Positions 29,276-37,193 of a DNA stretch of 64,000 bases are shown one piece after another. The DNA comes from Candidatus Multivoradales bacterium. Its GTDB lineage: Bacteria; Acidobacteriota; Thermoanaerobaculia; Multivoradales; J023. Positions within the stretch are counted from its first letter, which is position 1. The number at the start of each line of letters is the position of its first letter. The DNA is taken from positions 96,001 to 160,000 of the forward strand of contig CBDFLE010000004.1 of the NCBI GenBank assembly GCA_965248925.1, given 5' to 3'. The notes under the pieces are model-generated. The model had not been told where the DNA came from. It did no database searches and saw only the letters and a program-made list of their open reading frames with translations. A program made the translations under genes and the position numbers.

Positions 29276-30187
29276 ATGCGCTACGTGGTCGGCATCGATG
29301 CCGGTGGCAGCAAAGCCATGGCGCAGCTCGCTGATGCTGAGGGCAAGATCCTGCGGCAGGCTCGGGTGCCGGGGGTCAACTTGCATTTGGCTGGCGCCGA
29401 GCGGGTAGAGCAGATGCTCAGTCAAGTGTTGGCGGAGCTGGCGCCGCCAACACTTGCTGCCCTCTGCCTGGGAAGTGCTGGGATCGGTCGGCCTCGAGAT
29501 CGGCGGCAGCTGGAGGAAATTCTTCGCCGACTGCCGTTAGTGAGCTGCCCGATCCGGGTCGAGAGTGATGCTCTGGCGGCCTTGTGGGCTGGCGCCGCCG
29601 ATGGCATTGGCATCGTCGTCGTCGCCGGCACCGGCTCGATCGCCTACGGTGTCGATGGCGGCAGTCAGACGGCGCGCGCCGGCGGTTGGGGTTACCTGCT
29701 CGGTGACGAAGGCTCGGCCTATTGGCTGGGCCACGCGGCGTTGCGGCGGGGGATTCGGGCAGCGGATGGTCGGGGTCCTGCTTCCAGCTTTGGCGAGCGG
29801 GTTGCGCGGCGTCTGGGCCTGGAGGTTCCTTCCGGCCTGGTGTCTTGGTTTTATGACCAGGAGCAGCCCCGTCAGCGCGTCGCCGAGTTGGCGCCGCTGG
29901 TGGAAGAGGCGGCGATCGAGGGCGACGAGTCGGCGGTCGAGCTGCTCGACGAGGCGGCCTTGCATCTGGCGCGGGCGGCGCGTTCGGTAGCCGGCCAACT
30001 GGCTTTCAGCGCCCCATTCCCGCTGATCCTGGCAGGCGGCGCCTTCCGCGCTTGCCCCAGCTTGCACTCGAGGCTGCGCCAGGTGGTGGACCTACCGCTC
30101 GCCCGAGTCGAGCTATTGTCGGACGAGCCCGCCCTTGGCGCCGTGCGCCTGGCGCTTACTTTGTTGCCAATGGACCCGGTTACCTAG
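29276..30187 (+). CDS. BadF/BadG-family sugar kinase (GlcNAc/MurNAc kinase-like)
   Basis: Motifs GIDAGGSK, VVVAGTGSIAYG and RAGGWGYLLGDEGSAYWLG. Confidence 0.9.
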   Translation: MRYVVGIDAGGSKAMAQLADAEGKILRQARVPGVNLHLAGAERVEQMLSQVLAELAPPTLAALCLGSAGIGRPRDRRQLEEILRRLPLVSCPIRVESDALAALWAGAADGIGIVVVAGTGSIAYGVDGGSQTARAGGWGYLLGDEGSAYWLGHAALRRGIRAADGRGPASSFGERVARRLGLEVPSGLVSWFYDQEQPRQRVAELAPLVEEAAIEGDESAVELLDEAALHLARAARSVAGQLAFSAPFPLILAGGAFRACPSLHSRLRQVVDLPLARVELLSDEPALGAVRLALTLLPMDPVT

Positions 30188-30202
30188 CGGAGATGCCGAA
30201 TC

Positions 30203-30979
30203 ATGAGCGAGCAAGCCGCGGCCGACAAGCTGCTGATCGTCAACGCCGATGACTTGGGCCGCACCGAGGGCATCAACGAAGGCATCTTCGCCGCCCACGA
30301 GCGTGGCATTGTGTCGAGCGCGACGGTGATGGTGGCCTATCCGGCGGCAACTACCGCCCTGGCCCGCTGGGCGGACTATCCGCGGCTCGGCCTCGGCCTG
30401 CATGTGGCGCTCAGCGGCGGTCCGCCCCTGCTACCGCCGGAGCGCTTGCCGAGCTTGGTGGATAGTGCTGGCTTGCTGCCGCGGCGGCCCGAGTTGATCG
30501 GCGATGCAGATCCGTCCGAGGTGCGGGCCGAGGTCGCAGCGCAATACCAACGTTTCTGTGCTCTTGCCGGCCGCCGGCCGACTCACCTCGACGGCCACCA
30601 CCACTGCCACCGCCTGCCGCTGGTCGCCGCGCCGGTGATCGACATCGCCTGTCGCGAGGGCCTGCCGGTGCGCAATGCCGGCGGCTCCCTGGGCAGTCTC
30701 TTGCGCCAGGCGGCGGTGCCGTCGAGCGATGTCTTTGATGACAGCTACTATGGTGAGCAGGTAGAACTCAGTGATTTGCTGGCGATTCTAGATCGTCTAG
30801 AATCTGGGGTCACCGAGCTGATGTGTCATCCGGCCCAGGTCGACGAAGAACTGCGTCGGGGTAGTACTTATGTCGAGGAGCGAGAGGTCGAACTCGCCAC
30901 GTTGACCCATCCCGAAGCGCGGCGCGCTTTGCAGCGGGTGGGTGCCCGGTTGATCAACTTCACGGAGTTGGCTAGATGA
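30203..30979 (+). CDS. ChbG/YdjC-family carbohydrate deacetylase
   Basis: Motifs LIVNADDLG, GLGLH, PTHLDGHHHCH, ELMCHP and REVELATL. Confidence 0.92.
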   Translation: MSEQAAADKLLIVNADDLGRTEGINEGIFAAHERGIVSSATVMVAYPAATTALARWADYPRLGLGLHVALSGGPPLLPPERLPSLVDSAGLLPRRPELIGDADPSEVRAEVAAQYQRFCALAGRRPTHLDGHHHCHRLPLVAAPVIDIACREGLPVRNAGGSLGSLLRQAAVPSSDVFDDSYYGEQVELSDLLAILDRLESGVTELMCHPAQVDEELRRGSTYVEEREVELATLTHPEARRALQRVGARLINFTELAR

Positions 30980-32436
30980 ATCTCGGCAGCCTCGATCTAG
31001 TAGTGCTAGTGGTCTATGTCTTGGCGATTGTCGGCTTGGGCTCGTGGCTCGGGCGCAAGGTGAGCAGCGCGTCAGACTACATGCTCGGCGGGCGCAATTT
31101 CCCCTGGTGGTTGATCCTCTTCTCGATTGTCGCCACCGAGACCAGCACCATCACTTTCCTCAGCATTCCGGGCTTCGCTTTTGAGCACAACTTGACCTGG
31201 TTGCAGATTCCAATCGGCTTTGCGATCGGCCGGCTGGCGGTTTCCTGGCTGCTTCTGCCACGTTTTTTCGAGGGTCGCATCTTCACCGTCTACCAGCTTC
31301 TCGAACGACGCTTCGGTGGCGCTGCCGAGCAGACCGCTTCGGCGATTTTCATTCTCACTCGCAGTCTGGCGGATGGCTTGCGCTTGTTTCTCACCGCTAT
31401 CGTGCTGCAAGAAATGACTGGCGTGGCCATGCATTGGGCGGTGGCGGCGATCGGCTTGGCAACCATCGTCTACACCTTCCTCGGCGGCATGCGGGCGGTG
31501 CTGTGGACCGATCTGGTGCAGTTCGTGCTTTACACCTTGGGTGGTGTCGTGGCGCTGGGCTTGATTATCCGGCGGCTGCCCGGAGGCTGGGGAGAGGTGA
31601 TCGATGTCGGTGCCGCCGCTGGCAAGTTGCGTTGGCTCGATCTGACGTTCGACCTGTCAGAGCCCTATGCTCTGTGGGCCGGGCTGTTCGGCGGCATCTT
31701 CATCAGCCTGGGATCGCACGGCGTCGACCAGCTGATGGTGCAGCGTTGCTTGGCGGCGCGTAATCTCAGCGATGCTCGGCGGGCGGTTTCGGTGAGCGGT
31801 TTGGTGGCGTTTGCCCAGTTTGCTCTTTTCTTGATGCTCGGCGTGGCGCTTTTTGCCTTCTATCAGTCTTTCCCGCCGGAGGTCGCTTTCGAGCGCGCCG
31901 ACCGGGTGTTCGCCCGCTTTATTATCGACGAAATGCCGGTCGGCCTGTTGGGCTTGCTGCTCGGCGCGGTGTTGGCGGCGGCGATGTCGACCCTATCCAG
32001 CTCGCTGTCGACCTGTGCTACTTCGGCGGTCAAGGACATCTGGCTGCCGCGGGTCGGTGGCCAGATCTCAGAACAGCGCCAGCTCAAGGCGACCCGTGCC
32101 TTGACGGTGATCTTCGGCTTGGTGCAAATCGGCGTTGGCATCGCTGGGCAGTGGCTCAAGTCCTCGGTGGTGAGTTCAGTGTTGGGCATCGCGGCGTTTA
32201 CCATCGGTATTGTCCTGGGGCTGTTTTTCCTCGGTATCTTCACCGAGCGGGTGGGTCAGCGAGCCGCCCTCGTCGGCTTGGTTCTTGGCTTGCTGGCGAT
32301 GACCACGATCTTCTTCGCTACCTCCCTCGCTTGGCCTTGGTTCGCTCTGGTGGGTTCAAGTTTGACCTTCGCCGCGGGTACCGCCGCCAGTCTGCTGTGG
32401 CCGCGCACGGAGCGGGCCTCGGCGGTCAGTGGCTGA
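30976..32436 (+). CDS. Sodium:solute symporter
   Basis: Motifs SIVATETSTITFLSIPG, GGMRAVLWTD, HGVDQLMVQR and AAAMSTLSSS; polytopic membrane protein. Confidence 0.93.
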   Translation: MNLGSLDLVVLVVYVLAIVGLGSWLGRKVSSASDYMLGGRNFPWWLILFSIVATETSTITFLSIPGFAFEHNLTWLQIPIGFAIGRLAVSWLLLPRFFEGRIFTVYQLLERRFGGAAEQTASAIFILTRSLADGLRLFLTAIVLQEMTGVAMHWAVAAIGLATIVYTFLGGMRAVLWTDLVQFVLYTLGGVVALGLIIRRLPGGWGEVIDVGAAAGKLRWLDLTFDLSEPYALWAGLFGGIFISLGSHGVDQLMVQRCLAARNLSDARRAVSVSGLVAFAQFALFLMLGVALFAFYQSFPPEVAFERADRVFARFIIDEMPVGLLGLLLGAVLAAAMSTLSSSLSTCATSAVKDIWLPRVGGQISEQRQLKATRALTVIFGLVQIGVGIAGQWLKSSVVSSVLGIAAFTIGIVLGLFFLGIFTERVGQRAALVGLVLGLLAMTTIFFATSLAWPWFALVGSSLTFAAGTAASLLWPRTERASAVSG

Positions 32437-32476
32437 GCGTCCTGTCCGCCGATTCCTCAGCGACCTTCTCGGCGTT

Positions 32477-33544
32477 CTACCGCTCCTCGGGGAGGAACAC
32501 CGGAATGCTGCGAAAGATCCGGCTGGACCGTACGCTGGCGATAGTTCGTCCGAGGCGTTTTGCGATCTTCCTATCGGTGTCCGTGCCAAGGATTCCGACC
32601 TCGTCGGAAGTCCACCGGGTCTCTTGATCGGCAGCGGCAATTCCCAGCCCTCGCCGCAAGCGGCTGATCCGCCGAGCAGTGCAGCCGATATCCCGCGCGA
32701 TTTCGGCGTCGGTGTCCTTGCCGAACCGGGCGATGGTCTCGGGCAAGCAGTGGAGGTCGTGGAGGCGCTGGCCTTTGATACCGAGCTCCTTCTGCAGCCG
32801 GCGAATGGTGTCGAGTTTAAGGTCGGTTCGCCTCGCGATAACGGAACCGGGAAGGTGGAGAATCGCTTTCAAATCGTCGGTGGCGACGACAGATTGGTTC
32901 TCCTTCACCGGAGCGATCCCGAGCGACCGGCGCTTGGCTCCGATACTGTGGCAGTTAATACCGAATCGTCGGCGGATTTCGGCGTCAGGAACCTTGCCGA
33001 GAAGGCCGAGTATCTCTTCGGTCCAGCTGGCCCGCCGTGAGTCGATCCGGAAAGGCTCGATTCCAAGTCTTTGGCGATGCCTCTTGACGGTGGTGGGCGA
33101 GACTCCGATCTGGTCCGCTACAGATTTGTCGGAAATGGTACCAAGAAGTTGGATCTGCTCCAGGGTCCAGCTGAACCGGTTGGGAGAGGAATTTCGGTAG
33201 GGGTGATAGGGGGGGATGCGGAGCATCTGGCGCTTGTAGGTCACGCAATGGATGGCGAGGTCAAGCTCTGCGGCGACCTCGGCGTCGGACGCGACGCCGA
33301 GAAGCGCGATCATCTCGTCGGCCCACTCGGTGATCGGTGCCGATTGCTGGAACGCCTTGATGTCACGGCGCCGACGTTCCTTGGACACGGTGGTCAAGGA
33401 GATGCCGGCCTTGCTGGCGACGACGTGGTCCGGGACCTTGCCGAGCAGATCGATGAAGCGTTGCTGCCAATGGAGAAGCCGCCTTGCTTTCCGCTTGACC
33501 TCGATGCGCTCACGGGCTTGCGCCGTTTTTGCTTTTTTCCTCAT
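32477..33544 (-). CDS. Hypothetical protein of seven tandem ~48-aa HTH/Myb-like repeats
   Basis: Repeat consensus W(T)xExIxLLGxxxDxxIAxxLGxxxxxVxxxRxxLGI appears 7 times after a basic N-terminus. Start 33544 (ATG) or 33592. Confidence 0.8.
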   Translation of the reverse strand: MRKKAKTAQARERIEVKRKARRLLHWQQRFIDLLGKVPDHVVASKAGISLTTVSKERRRRDIKAFQQSAPITEWADEMIALLGVASDAEVAAELDLAIHCVTYKRQMLRIPPYHPYRNSSPNRFSWTLEQIQLLGTISDKSVADQIGVSPTTVKRHRQRLGIEPFRIDSRRASWTEEILGLLGKVPDAEIRRRFGINCHSIGAKRRSLGIAPVKENQSVVATDDLKAILHLPGSVIARRTDLKLDTIRRLQKELGIKGQRLHDLHCLPETIARFGKDTDAEIARDIGCTARRISRLRRGLGIAAADQETRWTSDEVGILGTDTDRKIAKRLGRTIASVRSSRIFRSIPVFLPEER

Positions 33545-33929
33545 CAGCTTCGCGGTTGATAGCGGGTAGACAGCTCGCTCTCCTGCGTCCAATTCTCACT
33601 CCGGCCTTCTAGTGGCCAGCTCCCCCTGAGTCCATGCCCTTTGTCGTATCGTCCGCTGCGTCCCCAGAGGGCGAGAAAAAGTAGGCTCTTACTCGGGCGG
33701 GAGGCCGGCGCCACTCTGAAGCGTAGGGGCTCTTTGCGGATGTACTATGATTTCCAGAGCCCCGTAAAACGGGCCATCCGATACTGCAGAGAAGTTGCGG
33801 GAGAATACCACAACACCCGCGGCGGCCGGGTGAGAGTCAAAACGCCAGCGCTGTGCCAGGTGAGTAGCGGTGCAAGCGCCGGGCCATTCCGGAGACGCAG
33901 CGCCGGCAGGGTTGTAGGAAGGGTCGCAG

Positions 33930-34520
33930 ATGACGAGAAGGCCCCCGATCAAGATCGAACGGACCGTCCATCCGACGAAGTTCAGCTGGCCCGCGTGGGC
34001 AGTGCAGGAGTTCGGCAAGATGACCGACTTCAAGATCTCCCAGTTGTTGAAGATTCACTACAGCACGGTGGCCGCCGAGCGCGAGCTGCTCAAGATCCCC
34101 ACAGCGGTCAAGCGAGCGCCGGTGGTGTGGACTGAGGAGATGATCGCGCATCTGGGTACGCAATCTGACCACGCCGTGGCCGCTGCCTTGGGTATTTCGA
34201 CCAACGTGGTGGCGAACAAACGCGCTGAGTTGGAGATTGGCCCATCGCGGCCTCCTACCGGGCCACCGCGAGGGCCATCTCCATTCTGGACAGCAGAGAA
34301 GGAGGCTCTTCTGGGCACCGAGAGCGATCAAAAGATCGCTGACCAGCTGGGGATTCCCCATCACCGGGTAGCCACCCGTCGGAGAGGCGTGGCGATTCAC
34401 AGCCCGATGCCGACCTGCGGCAGGCGGCGGCACTCTTCGACCGGGGCGACGCAGCCACCCTCGGAGTCTGGCTGCTGCGGGTGTGGATCGAGCACGACAC
34501 CTGGGTGGTACCCGAGTTGA
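33930..34520 (+). CDS. Second tandem HTH/Myb-like repeat protein (3 repeats), apparently truncated near 34400
   Basis: Repeats WPAWAVQEFGKMTDFKIS, WTEEMIAHLGTQSDHAVA and WTAEKEALLGTESDQKIA, then unrelated sequence. AGGAAGG RBS. Confidence 0.75.
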   Translation: MTRRPPIKIERTVHPTKFSWPAWAVQEFGKMTDFKISQLLKIHYSTVAAERELLKIPTAVKRAPVVWTEEMIAHLGTQSDHAVAAALGISTNVVANKRAELEIGPSRPPTGPPRGPSPFWTAEKEALLGTESDQKIADQLGIPHHRVATRRRGVAIHSPMPTCGRRRHSSTGATQPPSESGCCGCGSSTTPGWYPS

Positions 34521-34720
34521 CTGAGGCGAGGAAGAACGAGCTCCGCGCCAGCGCCGAGCGCGCCGCGCAAATGGCCGAGCGCTTCGGACGCGGCGGCTCC
34601 GAACCGCAGGAGCGCTACCGCCAGCTGCTGGCTCAGGAAGAGAACCGGCCGGCACCGTCAAGTCTGCCCCATCAGGGGCTGCTGCCAATTGTCGCGGGCT
34701 CTGCTGAGGATGCTGTCTTG
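34400..34720 (+). pseudogene. Internal fragment of an unrelated helical protein (reminiscent of DUF4132/MolR-like proteins)
   Basis: Other frame reads PDADLRQAAALFDRGDAATLGVWLLRVWIEHDT...SSLPHQGLLPIVAG. It is protein-like with no credible start; the family call is from recall only. Confidence 0.45.
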
Positions 34721-34895
34721 GATCGAGTCACCAGCCGCCTTCCAGGTGTTAGCAAAGGTTGCACAGTTCCCCGAGATTGCCGAAGCAGCCGCGGAATCGA
34801 TCGCCGCCCGCCAAGCTCGAAGCGGGTCGGGCTGAGGAACTCGGTAGCCGGGTGAACGCGGCGATTCCCGCCCACCAGGCTGCGTCGTCAACCGC

Positions 34896-35417
34896 CTATT
34901 CCTGGAAGGTCACTTGCAGTTGCGGATGGTTGGCCGCAGTGCCGTGGTCAGCCGAGTAGTAGCCGATGTAGTCGTGGCCGCGGTCGTCGTTGTCATCGCG
35001 GTTGAAGTAGAACCGCAGCTGCGTCGCCCCGGTCTTTTTGACCGCCGTCAGGCCGACCGGGTCGAGGCTGGCCTCGGACCAATCGCCGTTGGCTCCAGCA
35101 GCTGAGAGGCTGGCGGTCTTGGCCACTGACACTACCGCCTCGAAGTCACTGTTGGCCAGTGCCGTCGAGCCACCAAGGCCGCCGGAGTGTACATCGACCC
35201 AGCAAGTGCCATGGGTGTTAAACGGGTTGGTGCCATTGACCGTTCCGCGGCGCAATCTCAGGGTCGTGGAGATAATCGTCGCGCCGTCTGGAATCGATGA
35301 AGTGTCGAAGGACACAAGGCCCTTGTACTGGCGGTCCTTCCTATGATCTCCAGCGCGCAGGGCGCTGCTACTAGAGTTATTGTCGTTGCTGCGGCCGCCG
35401 ATGTTCGAACTCTCCGA
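34896..35417 (-). pseudogene. 5'-truncated C-terminal beta-domain (DNRLRE-like) of a secreted protein
   Basis: Open from a TAA at 35418-35420 with no start: ESSNIGG...ALRAGD..DRQYKGLVSFDTSSIPDGATI.STTLRL...HPQLQVTFQE*. Confidence 0.65.
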
Positions 35418-35844
35418 TTACCGGCGGCGAAAGGGTTGCAGCTGGAAATTGTTGCGTTGTCGAAGGGCGCGGAAATACCCTAGCGATGGGTGGTGGTGTT
35501 CTGGTCGAGGGCGGCGGGACCTTGACTCTGCTGCGGGTCCAGGTGAGTCAGAACCGTCTCATTGGTTTCCTTGGCGTGATCATCTTGCACGGCGGCGGTA
35601 TCCATGTCGCGGAAGGTGCCGAGCTGCACTTGATCGACAGCACGGTGGACAACAACTCCGTTAACGCTTCCTCTACTTTTGGCAACGTCGCGGGAGGTGG
35701 AATCTATGTCGCGACAAACGCCCTGGCGACTCTCCTCAACAGCACTCGGACTGTGATGCTGGCGCCGTGGAACTCGAGCCGGAGATCTTCTCCGATGGCT
35801 TTGAGAGCGGCGATACGATGGGTTTGGATGGCGTCGGCACCTAG
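35417..35844 (+). pseudogene. Remnant of a beta-helix (CSLREA/choice-of-anchor Q-like) secreted protein with internal deletion
   Basis: ITGG...GGGVLV...GGGIHV...GGGIYV...LLNST, then a frame change near 35750 to CDAGAVELEPEIFSDGFESGDT. Confidence 0.7.
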
Positions 35845-36803
35845 ACTGACTCCTGGTCCCCTAGCATGCAGGTGCTGGCGGCGACCAGGAAGCTCACTCG
35901 GGAATCGCACACTTCCAAGTTTTCGACCTCGGCCAGCGCGTTACGCAGATGATCGTTGGTGCCGTGGAGGTACTCAGTCAGACCTTGCTCCATGCGGGCT
36001 CTCGCCCACAGGTCGACGCGGCCTTGAGTCTCGGCCAGATAGTGCAGTAGCTGGCACACCCACAGGGCTTGGCGCGGCTGGCGGCCGCGCAGCTCGCTAG
36101 TGCGGTGTTGGCCAGATTCGAACAGGGTATCCCCTTCCCAGCTCAGGTTGTCGAGGAACTGCATAGCTTGGCCGATTGAATCCATGGTTTCGATCTCACG
36201 CCACAAGGAATCAGCAATCCGTCGATCAACCCGCGGGTATCTGCCGTGGGTGAAGTGTACTCGGGCGGCGTCGGCCTGAGCTTTGCTCGGTGCCAAGCGC
36301 TGACGTGCGCGGCGGGGAGTCTCGCCCCGCAGGCGGCGGTAGGCGCGCTGAAAACCTTGTTGAGAGCGATAACCCACCAGCCGGGCAATGCTGCGAATTC
36401 CCAGGGGTGAGCAGGTCAGGAGGGTGTCGGCGCAGTTGAGTCGCGCCGCGGTGACCACTTCTCCCGGACTCTTGCCGCACAGTTGGCGGAAGTCTTTAGC
36501 GAACATCTTGCTACGAATGTCGCAGATGAGCAGAGCTTCTTCGATAGTAAAGCCAGGCTCGAAAAGATGAATTTCGAGTTGGCGTAACAACCGATCGACC
36601 TGACGATCACCGGAAGGGCGCTTGCCGGCTAGTTCAGCCAGCGGATCGCGGGCTGCGAATCGCAGCCAGCGGTGTTGCGCGGCACGGCCTAGTGGATGCC
36701 TTTGTTGGCTAGCCGCCGTTGCTCTCGGCGGTGCGGAAGTGGCGGTCTGGGTGGGGGCAAGGGCATCTTCTGAACAGGACTGCTGAACTGGGAGATGGGT
36801 CAA
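35841..36803 (-). CDS. AraC-family HTH transcriptional regulator with C-terminal helical region
   Basis: FRQLCGKSPGE...RLNCADTLL...IRSIARLVGYRSQQGFQRAYRRLRGETP is an AraC signature. TTG start with AAGGAAGG RBS. Confidence 0.82.
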   Translation of the reverse strand: MTHLPVQQSCSEDALAPTQTATSAPPRATAASQQRHPLGRAAQHRWLRFAARDPLAELAGKRPSGDRQVDRLLRQLEIHLFEPGFTIEEALLICDIRSKMFAKDFRQLCGKSPGEVVTAARLNCADTLLTCSPLGIRSIARLVGYRSQQGFQRAYRRLRGETPRRARQRLAPSKAQADAARVHFTHGRYPRVDRRIADSLWREIETMDSIGQAMQFLDNLSWEGDTLFESGQHRTSELRGRQPRQALWVCQLLHYLAETQGRVDLWARARMEQGLTEYLHGTNDHLRNALAEVENLEVCDSRVSFLVAASTCMLGDQESV

Positions 36804-37052
36804 AGAGAGGGTCCTTCCTTGATGGCGATATGTGCATATCTTTGGTCTCCATCTCCCGTTGTCTCCTGTCGGTGAAAAGCCCTCTGAGCCCTAATTATCC
36901 ATAGTCTGTGCCCCAATGCAAGGTTAAATCTTGCGACGGTTTGGGGAGGGTTCACCAGTACTGGCTCGCCGACGTCTCTAGATTCGTTGGAAATTCTGAA
37001 TTTTGTGGTGCGAGACTTGGTGGCCACTACTGTTTATCAGTGATTCGAGGGG

Positions 37053-37089
37053 AAACGGTTCATTTTGGTGACCACGAAATGAACCGTTT
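37053..37089. repeat. Perfect 13-bp inverted repeat in the araC / giant-operon intergenic region
   Basis: AAACGGTTCATTT-N11-AAATGAACCGTTT. Confidence 0.85.
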
Positions 37090-37193
37090 GGTCTCGGCAC
37101 CGGCCTTCCTTTACGGTTTTCTCAGCTTTTCGCCGGTTCTCCAACCGTGGGACCTGAGCTTGAATCGAAACGCAGCCCGAGGCAGTACTCCTG

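Noticed and set aside
36700-36852. Short out-of-frame uORF (METKDMHISP...) overlapping the araC start
   Set aside because: No supporting feature beyond a purine-rich upstream tract; may be chance or reflect start-site uncertainty.
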